Assembly: GCF_006345805.1 (NCBI RefSeq)
Contig: NC_042998.1
Span: forward strand, 25,048,001-25,112,000
From: Octopus sinensis
Taxonomy: Eukaryota
Direction: 5' to 3'
DNA: 64,000 nt
Part shown: in pieces, positions 53,120-64,000 of the stretch
How positions within the stretch are numbered: the first letter of the stretch is position 1
Layout: the number at the start of each line of letters is the position of its first letter
Program-made: the position numbers and the translations under genes
Notes under the pieces: model-generated
What the model was told of the DNA's origin: nothing
What the model saw: only the letters and a program-made list of their open reading frames with translations
Database searches by the model: none

Positions 53120-54133
53120 TGCATATTGCACACACACACATATGCACTCACGCATGCACATGCATGCTCAAGATAAGATTTATGGGTTTACCAAGCACAG
53201 CAGTTAACAACAGATTCATATCATTCTTTTCTTCTTCAATATTTTTTTTTTTTTCATAACTTTGCTTGCTATATTATTACTAACTTCGAAATGAAATTAC
53301 ACAATGCAACAACATAGCATAAAAACAATGAACAAGAGACAAAATTTATTTAGCTTATCTATGCGTTAGCGACATGATATGCTATCTAATCTTTACATTT
53401 GGTCATGTGACACACTGTGTCATATGCCTTGCATGTTGTTTGCTCAATGTATAGATATCTGTGGCTGTTCTTTGTTTTTCTCCCTACTTTCTCAGTAGTG
53501 TATACATTCCATTATCTCGCTCCCATTTGCTTAACTGCGTGTCTTACAATCTTATTTCAACTGCACTCATAGTATCTGTTATTTACATTAGAGTTCCGAG
53601 CACTCGATGTTACTGCCAACTGATTAAAAACAACTTTTTTAAGCATTCTGACACTGAATATATAAAATGTAACAACCATCTTTGACATTCCAATAAGACA
53701 ATAATTCTTGAGGTACTTTATTTAGGGAATAAACCAGATGTCAGTTTATTTCAGAAACAACAAAAAAAAAATTTTTAAATGATGTATGTACTTACTTGTA
53801 TTTGTGGCAACATTCACTCTGGGCGGGTTGAGTCGGCTTCTTCTACCATGGAAGAAGTTTCGTGGGAATATGTGGATTTCACAAGTGGTCCCCAACAATC
53901 CTGCATGTAGAGATATCCTGTTTGCTGCAGATTGTCTGCAGACGCAGGGACAGAATGACTGAGGAGCTGCCGGTTGCCGAAACAGACACTCCGAGGATTT
54001 TCATCAGAGCCCCGTCTGCTGGATTGTGACTCTAATACCACTCGGTGTCAGACCAATCCACCTTGGGTGGCCCTACCAGGAAACATAGCTCTGACACTAC
54101 CCATTGCCAGCGTCTCCACCACAGTGAGGAGGT

Positions 54134-54537
54134 GATGGACTTTGGGGACGCAGGAGGGGATGAACTTTGGGGACGCAGGAGGGGATGGACTTTGGGGACG
54201 CAGGAGGGGATGGACTTTGGGGAGGCAGGAGGGGATGGACTTTGGGGACACAGGAGGGGATGGACTTTGGGGATGCAGGAGGGGATGGACTTTGGGGACG
54301 CAGGAGGGGATGGACTTTGGGGACGCAGGAGGGGATGGACTTTGGGGACGTAGGAGGGGATGGACTTTGGGGATGCAGGAAGGGATGGATTTTGGGGATG
54401 CAGGAGGGGATGGACTTTGGGGACACAGGAGGGGATGGACTTTGGGGATGCAGGAGGGGATGGACTTTAGGGACGCAGGAAGGGATGCAGGAGGGGATGG
54501 ACTTTGGGGACACAGGAGGGGATGGACTTTGGGATGC
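54134..54537. repeat. G-rich 25-bp minisatellite, ~16 copies
   Basis: Unit gatggactttggggac(g/a)caggaggg. Confidence 0.95.
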
Positions 54538-55386
54538 GATGTATGTATATATGTAGTTCAAACCTGTAACAGGTATAAAAATAATAAACATTTTTCACAA
54601 TTTCTTCCTTAATGACTAGAAAACAAACGCCAGTAATATGCAATGTGCTAAGAAGCAATTTGACCTAATAATAACATACCATTATGATCCAGGAAGAGAA
54701 TATAGTCTGAAAATCTCATTATCTTTGGTCTCCGTTTCACTTCTGGTCTTGTTTCTGTCTGTTGTGAAAACACATTAAATAAACGGAAATGTATTCTTTA
54801 GCTGGTATTGTAAACAAGAATAGAATGACCGAAAACGTATAACAAAGTTAAAAATATATGGCAATAGAAAATTTTCTTGTACATCAAATCAATAACAAAC
54901 AATACATCCGTACTAGTGTTATTACTGCGAACATTTGAAATAAATGATTGGTCACTTGAGAGAATCCAATAACATGGAAACAAGAAGAATAATGACAATG
55001 CAGTGCATTATTCACATCAACAATGACATGAGTTGACAGATTCTATCTATAAAAATACTAGTTAAGAGGGAGCTAAAATCAATCCAAACAGCTTTTATTT
55101 GTTCTGTTGTGTCACTCAGACATCTGGGGAATAAAAAAATATCAAGAATGATTTGTAAACCATATATTTAATAATAAGTTAAATAAAGAATTTTAATGGC
55201 TTGGTCTCTGCGGTGTTACTTTGTTGCTACAGAATTAGGAGTTCATATCAAGTTGCTGCTAATAATACTCTGTGCTTAACATCACTGTTTCTTGAACTTT
55301 CTTCTTTCCCACCCCCGTCTTTTCTTGATGGATTTTCTTGTGAACCTCTTCCAGTGTTTTAAAATTCAATAGATAATAAATAGGAC

Positions 55387-55623
55387 TATACAGTTCTATA
55401 TTTAAGAGATGAGGAATTATGTACATTATTTACATTATTTACATTATTTACAGTATTTACATTATTTACATTCGACGGATATTTATCCTCATCTTGTTTG
55501 TTGTTAGCACAACGTTTCGGCTGATATACCCTCCAGCCTTCATCAGGTGTCTTGGGGAAATTTCGAACCTGGGTTCTCATTCTTAAGGTATTTTTCGATG
55601 TTGTTGTTGTTATTATTATTATC

Positions 55624-55654
<31 letters not shown>

Positions 55655-55780
55655 TGCCTGGAATTAAGCTCGGAATCTTGGGGTAAGTAGCCGTGCTCTT
55701 AACCACTATGCTATATGCTTGTGGGCATACAAGATGAGGGCAAATATCCATGAAATGTAAATAATGTAAATAATGTAAAT
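55387..55780 (-). mobile_element. tRNA-head/(AAT)n/hammerhead cassette with a short inverted tail copy
   Basis: 55387-55725 is the minus-strand cassette as at 4389-4675; 55729-55780 is a plus-strand copy of its 3' tail. Confidence 0.8.
55506..55551 (-). ncRNA. Minimal hammerhead motif (one mismatch in stem I)
   Basis: gacac-CTGATGA-a-ggctg...cagcc-GAAAC-GTT-gtgct. Confidence 0.65.
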
Positions 55781-55799
55781 ATATCTTCAGTGAGATGCA

Positions 55800-56445
55800 T
55801 CTATCATCATCATCATCATCATCATCACCATCATTTAACATCTGCTTTCCATACTGGCATGGGTTGGGCAGTTTGACTAAGTTCTGGAAAGCCAGGAGGC
55901 AGCACCAGGCTCCAACCTGATCTGGCAAGGTTTCTACAGCTGGATGCCTTTCCTAATGCCAACCACTCCAAGAGTGTAATGTTTTCTTTACACACAAGAC
56001 ATCAAACAGGTCTTGACATTTACCAGTGATGTTCTTATGGGAATTTCTCTTATTCTTTTACTTGCTTCAGTCATTTGACTGAGGCCATGCTGGAGCACCC
56101 CCTTTTAGTCAAAGAAATCGACCCCTGGACTTATTCTTTGTAACCTGGATACTTACTTTATTGGTCTTTTCTGCCAAACTACTAAGTTATGGGGATGTAA
56201 ACTCACCAGCATCGGTTGTCAAGTGATGGGAGGGGGACAAACATAGACACAAAGACACAGACATAAACATATACATATATATACAACAGGCTTCTTTCAG
56301 TTTCCATCTACCAAATCCACTCACATGGCTTTGGTCGCCCCAAGGCTATAGTAGATGACACTTGCCCAAGGTACCTCTCAGTGGGACTGAACTCAGAACC
56401 GAGTGATTGGGAAGCAAGCTTCTTACCATACAGCCATGCTTGTGC
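55800..56445 (-). mobile_element. Short RTE 3' end (55800-55980) and a tRNA-derived SINE (56045-56445)
   Basis: Homology to the families above. Confidence 0.75.
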
Positions 56446-57754
56446 CTATTACCACGCTTGCATCTAATAGTTGAACAGTGTTTTGTCTTTATGATTATTA
56501 AACTTGAAAAATTAAGATTCACATAATTATGCAGAATTAAATGGAAGGAAATTTCTCGTTGCTAATTCAAATAATAAGAAATACCAAAAAGTGTTCATGT
56601 TTGTTTTTCGAAATTCAAGTTTGGGACTTTAATTATATGACAGCTCTGCAAATACTTCTTAAACCCTCAGAGATAAATGTTTCATCTACATCATTGCTTA
56701 CGGGATTTAGATAGAACCTAATTTATTCTTGTCAGTGTATGGTAGAAAATACATGCAGAACTGTTTGCCTATGCAACTAAAATGCTCAATTATAATCTGC
56801 TTAATCAAATTAAAAGTGAAATTATTATTAGAAGTTTTCAATTTGCACTGAGTGCTTCCACAAGTTTATAGTTTTCATGAACACTTCCATTTTACCTTTC
56901 AGAGTAAAAATAAATGTTTTTCCTCTTTCATGCTTCTCAAAAATGAGTAAAAAACAAAATAATTTGCATAAGTAGTTCTCATCATATGAGAATTCTGAAG
57001 GATATGATGTGAGTTGTTTTACACATAAAAACAATATTGTTTAATTTTTTTAAAGTTTGTTAGCCATCTCAAAGCTTTTGTCATTGTCAGCTTTTATATA
57101 TGTTATAAGTTTGCTAAACTGAAGTGTTTTAATAAGAGTTCAACATTGTAACCCGGAGAGAAGTCTGATTTCTATGGCTGCCTCAATGAATTTAACATTT
57201 TGTGTATTTTGGGAGATCAGTTTTTCACAGTATATATATTTACCCAATGCTCTCCAAACCATGTCTCAATTACATATCGTTCCACATCCAAGAAAACCCA
57301 AATAACTGAAGTTATCTTTTATTTTTTATTTTTTGCTATTCAATGTCTGCAATTTTCCTTGTATGATCTAAAGAATGAATTCAGCTAAAATTTCATTGAA
57401 GCATAAAAAGCTAATTAATATGAAATAGCATTGAAATCTTTTCTGGTGTATTAGCTATTAAAGTTATGCTATTTGCGTAGTCTGTACACTTGATAATGTT
57501 AACTGTTTTCTGCATTGCAACAGAAGAAGTGTTTGTCTAACCCCCAATGTCTGAAATGGTATCTATCACTGAGGAGAGGAAATCACACCAAAACACTGTG
57601 TCTAGTAGTAGCGTTATACTTCCTGGCGTATGATACATTTTACACATGAAGTCAATTGTGGGAAACTGGTTTTCCATGGCAATCTCACAGTGAATGCTTT
57701 CCATGTTCCAACATGCAAAAACATGTGAAAGAATATATATACACACACACACAT

Positions 57755-57867
<113 letters not shown>

Positions 57868-57880
57868 TATATATATATAT

Positions 57881-59810
57881 ATCATCATCATCATCATCAT
57901 CATCATTTAACGTCCGCTTTCCATGCTAGCATGGGTTGGACGGTTCAACTGGGGTCTGGGGAGCCCGAAGGCTGCACCAGGCCAGTCAGATCTGGCAGTG
58001 TTTCTACAGCTGGATGCCCTTCCTAACGCCAACCACTCCGAGAGTGTAGTGGTGATTTTATGTGCCACCGACACAGGTGCCAGACGATGCTGGTGAACGG
58101 CCACGCTCGGATGGTGTTTTTATGTGCCACCGACACAGGTGCCAGACGAAGCTGGTGAACGGCCACGCTCGGATGGTGTTTTTATGTGTCACCGACACAG
58201 GTGCCAGACAAGGCTAGCAGACGACCACGCTCGGATGGTGTTTTTATGTGCCACCGACACAGGTGCCAGACGAGGCTGGCGAACGGCCATGCTCGGATGG
58301 TGTTTTTATGTGCCACCGACACAGGTGCCAGACGAAGCTGGTGAACGGCCACGCTCGGATGGTGTTTTTATGTGCCACCGACACAGGTGCCAGACAAGGC
58401 CAGCAGACGACCACGCTCGGATGGTGTTTTTTATGTGCCACCGACACAGGAGCCAGATTTGGCTGGCGATCGGCCACGATTGGATGGTGATTGTTACGTG
58501 CCCACAGCATGGAGGCCAGTCGGTGCGGTACTGGCTACGGCCACGTTCGGATGGTTTTCTTGTGTGCCACCGGCACTGGTACCACAAAGATACAAATTCC
58601 ATTGATGTTCATCTATTTTGATTTTGTTTGATTTTCACTTGCCTCAACAGGTCTTCACAAGTGTCACAAGAAGGAAGGTATGCACAGGTGGACTGACTAC
58701 GTCCCAGGTAGGGGCCACGGGTTATGGCCTGACTAGTCTTGCCGGGTCTTCTCACGCACAGCATACTTCCATAGGTCTCGGTCTCTAGTCATTTCCTTGG
58801 TGAGACCTAAAGTTTGTAGGTCGTGCTTCACCACTTCATCCCAGGTTTTCCTGGGTCTACCTCTTCCACAGGTTCCCTCAACTGCTAGGGTGTAGCACTT
58901 TTGCACACAACTATCTTCAGCCATTCTCGTCATATGACCATACCAGCGCAGCCGTCTCTCTTGCACACCACAACTGACGCTTCTTAGGTTCAACTTTTCT
59001 CTCAAGGTACTTACACTCTGACGATTATGAACACTGACATTACACATCCATCGGAGCATACTGGCTTCATTTCTTGCAAGCTTACGCATATCCTCAGCAG
59101 TCACGGCCCATGTTTCACTACCATGTAGCATGGCTGTTCGTACACATGCATCATAAAGTCTGCCTTTTACTCTGAGCGAGAGGCCTTTTGTCACCAGCAG
59201 GGGTAAGAGCTCTCTAAACTTTGCCCAGGCTATTCTTACTCTAGCAGTTACACTTTCAGCACACCCACCCCCGCTACTGACTTGGTCTCCTAGGTAGCGG
59301 AAGCTATCAACTACTTCTAGTTTGTCTCCCTGGAACGTGGTAGAAGTTGGTCTCTGCACATTTCCAGTGTTTATTTCTCCTGAGCATCTGCCACATACGA
59401 AAACTATCTTCCCAGTTAGCCTACCTTTGACATTGCTGCACCTCTTATGTGTCCATAGCTTACACTTGGTGCACCTTATAGAGTTTCTACCTACACCTTT
59501 TTTACAGATCGAGCAGGGCCATCTACCTGAAGTCGTTTGTGGTTGGTCCACCTTCCTACTTATTAGGACTTTGGTTTTGGCTAGGTTGATTCTAAGGCCC
59601 TTCGATTCTAATCCTTGTTTCCACACCTGAAACTTCTCCTCCAGTTCTGATAGTGACTCAGCAATTAGAGCAAGGTCATCAGCATAGAGGAGCTCCCAGG
59701 GGCATCCTGTCTTAAATTCTTCCGTTATTGCCTGGAGGACTATGATAAATAGGAGGGGGCTGAGGACTGAACCTTGGTGGACCCCAACCTCTACCCGGAA
59801 TTCTTCACTG
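57881..59810 (-). mobile_element. 5'-truncated RTE-clade LINE with complete 3' UTR and (GAT)n tail, in (TA)n
   Basis: RT ORF followed by a UTR with seven 62-bp repeats (58061-58490), the ccatgctagcatgg palindrome and (cat)n; (TA)n on both sides. Confidence 0.95.
58733..59810 (-). pseudogene. RTE reverse transcriptase C-terminal half, uninterrupted, with a PHD-finger-like insert
   Basis: GVHQGSVLSPLLF, LLYADDL, GLRINLAKTKVL, VDSFRYLG, LHGSETW, RLRWYGH, RGRPRKTW. The first ~30 aa of the track ORF (from 59905) are flank, not element. Confidence 0.92.
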
Positions 59811-60090
59811 TATATATATATATATATATAGGGGTAAAATATGAAAAAATCAACGAAAATGCATATTGCAAATAGAAAAAGGCTATTTATGACAGGTAGC
59901 GACAAATATATACATTTAGATTGACTGAGGTAGTAATACGAGTCATAAAGGTCATTATTATGAGATGATAATAAAGTAAGAGAACAAAACGAACCAATGG
60001 TTTATGCGAAGCTATTCATCGTTTGAACAACACCGGTTAATGCATACATATATATATATATATATACATACATACATACATACATACATA

Positions 60091-60133
<43 letters not shown>

Positions 60134-60136
60134 ATA

Positions 60137-60171
<35 letters not shown>

Positions 60172-60175
<4 letters not shown>

Positions 60176-60339
60176 GCATGTAAAAAGCACCCACTACACT
60201 CACGGAGTGGTTGGCGTTAGGAAGGGCATCCAGCCGTAGAAACACTGCCAGATTTGACTGGGCCTGATGAAGCCTTCTGGCTTCACAGACCCCAGTAGAA
60301 CCGTCCAACCCATGCTAGCATGGAAAACGGACGCTAAAC

Positions 60340-60387
<48 letters not shown>

Positions 60388-60388
60388 A
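60172..60388 (+). mobile_element. Short RTE 3' end in (TA)n
   Basis: Palindrome and long (gat)n tail; (TA)n on both sides. Confidence 0.85.
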
Positions 60389-60869
60389 TATATATATATA
60401 TATACACACTCACCTCATTTCATAAAAGACGTTTACAGGATTAGTACAGTTGCAAGTCACTTACCCTAAAATAAATGAACATAGCCTCTACTCAATGTGT
60501 TGAGTACCTTACATTAACTGCGATACTTTCCATTTCTAATGGAGTCTTCTACTCGCTAAATATTAACTTGTTAGGATAAATTATTATTAGTTGAAAGGAT
60601 AAAGAACCAATCACAAAATCCCAGGAAGAATAGAGAGTTAAAACATTTAGAATATTCTAAATACATGAATAAATTTATTTGTTGTTGCAATATTTTAACA
60701 AAAGAATTAAATATATTTAGTTGGGAGGGACTTCATTAATTTTTATTGAATTCTTGTGAAAGAAGGATGTTAAATTCACACATGAATAAGTAGGTACACA
60801 TCAGGTACGTCCATACATACATACATACATACATACATTCATACACACACAAATATATATATATATATA

Positions 60870-61080
60870 TATAAAAACATACATATATATATATGTATGT
60901 ATATATAGATAGATAGATAGATAAATGAAAGAATGGAGTCGAACGATGATTTAACATTATATATATATATATATAAAAACATACATATATATATATATAT
61001 ATGTATGTATATATAGATAGATAGATAGATAAATGAAAGAATGGAGTCGAACGATGATTTAACATTATATATATATATAT
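60870..61080. repeat. Tandem duplication of ~105-bp microsatellite-mixed unit
   Basis: aaatgaaagaatggagtcgaacgatgatttaacatt occurs twice with the same flanking (TA)/(GATA) pattern. Confidence 0.8.
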
Positions 61081-62009
61081 ACATGTTTGTATACATGTGT
61101 AAATTTGATATATATAAATATATAATATACTTATATACATATATATATGTGTATGTTAAAATAATACATATACATACATGCACACACACATGCATACACG
61201 CACACACATACACATATGGAGAAAGGACGTTAAAGTTTAATGATGCTGATATGTGTGTGTGTGTGTGTCTGTGTGTAATATACATACATACATATGCATG
61301 TAAGAATGAATTTGTATATACAACATATTTAAATAAAAACTGTCTATATATTGTTACCTTCTTTCTGTTATCTATGTATAATTGACATACTTTAAAATTT
61401 CTAAACCCTTTATTGTTAAAACTTCCCATTTAGATTGGAAATAATTATGTAGGAAAGCAGAAATGTCTCTTCAAGGAATAAGGGAATTTTATGGGCAAAA
61501 ATTAAGAAGTTTTAATTATGCTTTACTATAAATGTTCTCTAACTTTAAAAGACAGTATCTCTTCCAAGTTATTTCTGAACATAGTTGTCCCTGAAGTAGA
61601 ATTTTAGAAATTTTGAGCACATGAACTCTCGGGATTTCAATTGCAATTTAGTTTCACTTTCTCTATTCCATTTTCATTATATAATTGTTCCCTGTAAGCT
61701 CAGGATGTGTCTGAATATGAAATAGTCTCTTAATTATTTGAGTGAGTACTTTAAATTTGGACACACCACAAGACACTTTCCTCTCATTTATGACTATACT
61801 GAATTTCCATTGCCATAAATATTCACCATCCAAAGAATTATAGTAGAGCTAGAATTGATTTAAAATCAAGTTACTGCAATAGCTTGGATAATGAAAGCTT
61901 TAGTTCAGTCAAGATGAATGAAACATAGGTTTAATGTTGCAGAAAATGTATGTTGCCAACATGGCCCAAATGTAAATTTTAGAAAAAATTTGTAATATTT
62001 ATTGTTCAT

Positions 62010-62610
62010 GTTGATGTTTTATATACTATATTTTTTTCAGTTAGTGGGAAGACCTAGCAAGCCAAGTGAGATTGTTGCTGTGGTTGATACCAGTGTCACA
62101 TAATCAGTCCATTTAAAAGTACCCTTCAATCGTCAGGCAATATGCTGTGCTTGAGAAGACCTGTTCAGTCAAGTGAGATCATAGCTATGGCCAATGTCAG
62201 TGTCACATAACCGGCCCATTTAAAAATACCGTTCAATCATCAAACAATATGCTGTGCTTGAGGAGACCTGTTGAATCAAATGAGATCATAACTATGGCCA
62301 ATGCCAGTGTTGCATAACCAATCTTTTAAAAATACCCTTCAATCATCAGAATATATGCTGTGCTTGAGAAAACCTGTTGAGTCAAGTGAGATCATAGTTG
62401 TGGCTGATGCCAGTGCTACCTGATTGACACCCATGCAGGTGGCATGTAAAAAGCACCATTTGAGCATGGCCAATGTCAGTGCCAGTGGCACATAAAAGCA
62501 CCATTTGAGCGTGGTCGATGCCAATGCTGCCTGACTGGCACCTGTGCCAGTGGCATGTAAAAAGCACCATTCAAGCATCGTTGATGCCAGTGCTGCCTCA
62601 CTAGCCCCCA
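62010..62610 (+). mobile_element. RTE 3' UTR-derived sequence with a ~107-bp tandem repeat
   Basis: gctgtgcttgag(a/g)agacctgtt-type block at 62144, 62251 and 62357, resembling the reverse complement of 58637-58660; followed by gtaaaaagcaccatt repeats. Confidence 0.65.
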
Positions 62611-62799
62611 TATCTATAAACAAACAAACATTTAGTACTGCATCATTCAGAAAATTTTCAGAAATCAAAAAAAATCTACAATAAATAATTATTTAATAAA
62701 AAAAATTTCACAAAACCATTTTGTAAACAATAATCAACATTTCTAAACCCTTTGATATTTCAAACTGTTGAAAAGTAATTCTGTAGTAAACTGTCATTT

Positions 62800-63250
62800 A
62801 GTAATCCTTTCTACTATAGGCACAAGGCCTGAAATTTGGTGGGATGGAGCCAGTCGATTAGATTGATGCCAGTATGCAACTGGTACTCAATTTATTGGCC
62901 CCCGAAAGGATGAAAGGCAAAGTCAACCTCAGCAGAATTTGAACTCAGAACATATGGACAGACAGAATACTGCTAAGCATTTCATGTGGCATGCTAACAA
63001 TTCTGCCGGCTCACTGCTTTACTGTCATTTAATAATCTTTTCTAATCTAAGCACAAGGCATGAAATTTTGGTGGAGAGGGCTAGTTGATTAGATCAACCC
63101 CAGTACACAACTGGTACTTAAATTATCAACCCCAAATGGATGAAAGGCAAAGTTGACCTCAGCAGAATTTGAACTCAGAACATATGGACAGACAAAATAC
63201 TGCTAAGCATTTCACTTGGTGTGCTAATGTTTCTGCCAGCTTGCCACCCT
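62800..63250 (-). mobile_element. Two tandem tRNA-derived SINEs (central gcctttcatcc block family)
   Basis: ggatgaaaggcaaagt...gcagaatttgaactcagaac occurs twice. Confidence 0.8.
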
Positions 63251-64000
63251 ACTGTTATTTAATAATCTTTTCTAGGCTTTTGCTCGACTAAAGGCAGTGC
63301 TCTAGCATGGCCACAGTCAAATTACTGAAACAAATATAAAAAAAAGAAAAAAAACAATAATGAAGTGTTCATGGATGGAACATCTTGATCAGAAATGACC
63401 TGGAGCCAAACAACCATTATGGAACCATATTCTTTAGTGGTGTTGTTATTGGCAGTATCAACTTTACTTTTAAGTGTGTTGGTCTCAACTATTTTGTGAT
63501 TATAGTAAGAAGATGATGTCCTTGTACAAGAAACCTGGCTCAAATGCCTGTTACAGAGTAGATTCCATTAACAGTGCTGACCAAAGTGTTGCACTTGCTG
63601 TTGCTTCAAGGCTACTACCAAGAAGTTCCTGGAAATTTTAAAGAATTCCTCAAGTTTCCAACTGATTCTTTGTATGTATTGTCACACTTCCAATTTCACC
63701 TCCGACCATTTCTTCAGTTTTATCAAATTTGTTTATTTTATTTTTTCTATTATTCATCGTCTTTAATTGTTACCAAGACCTGTCATTCAATATGTGCTTT
63801 AGCCTCTTAAAAATTGATTAGATAAAATTAGTGGAAAAATAGCTGATAGATTAATTATATGATGTCAATGAAACTGTTGATATCTACGATAATTTTGTTA
63901 ATCTTAATATACACTCTCTCTTTCATTTAATTTATCAAACCACTAATCACATCTAATTGATTTTGAACTTCCTGATAAAATTTACGAATCTACAATGTAA

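Noticed and set aside
54045-54612. Pro/Ser-rich and Gly/Asp-rich repeat ORFs
   Set aside because: The 25-bp unit cycles through all three frames on both strands; a minisatellite, not a repeat protein.
58061-58490. CRISPR-like regular repeats (also 54134-54537)
   Set aside because: No unique spacers, no cas genes, eukaryotic context.
59921-59950. Hammerhead-like ttgactgag-gta(gtaa)tac-gagtc
   Set aside because: No GAAA and no convincing stem I. It could be a deleted relic, but one copy cannot support the call.
63322-63810. Possible host exon in non-repetitive sequence
   Set aside because: Stops in all frames within short distances and no recognisable motif or paired splice sites.

Overview
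AT-rich, repeat-saturated animal genomic DNA. The SINE types and the density of (TA)n/(TATG)n/(CTAT)n/(CAT)n tracts suggest an octopus or other cephalopod; this is inference. No host protein-coding gene can be called with confidence, and most short ORFs in the track come from microsatellites or repeats. Recognisable content: (1) a 4.6-kb Neptune-type Penelope-like element (PLE; RT + GIY-YIG, minus strand, 20897-25495); (2) a 5'-truncated RTE LINE with a PHD-finger-like insert in its RT (57881-59810), whose 3' UTR is the source of about 14 dispersed repeats in the window; (3) fragments of CR1/Jockey-group and RLE-type LINEs, mariner/Tc1 remnants, hAT- and piggyBac-like MITEs, a solo LTR and many tRNA-derived SINEs. 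The most notable signal is a set of at least four unrelated small elements carrying minimal type I hammerhead ribozyme (HHR) motifs, several inserted as divergent inverted pairs: a highly structured 353-nt retrozyme-like unit (33058-33753), a tRNA-head + (AAT)n + HHR cassette linked to a PLE endonuclease (4389-4921, 10397-11013, 55387-55780), a U3-A8 core-variant HHR in the Neptune 3' end (21034-21074), and a degenerate pair at 30632-31008. A 497-bp multimer with the same inversion architecture but no ribozyme visible by eye lies at 33805-35484. All structures were read by eye; no folding or database searches were run.
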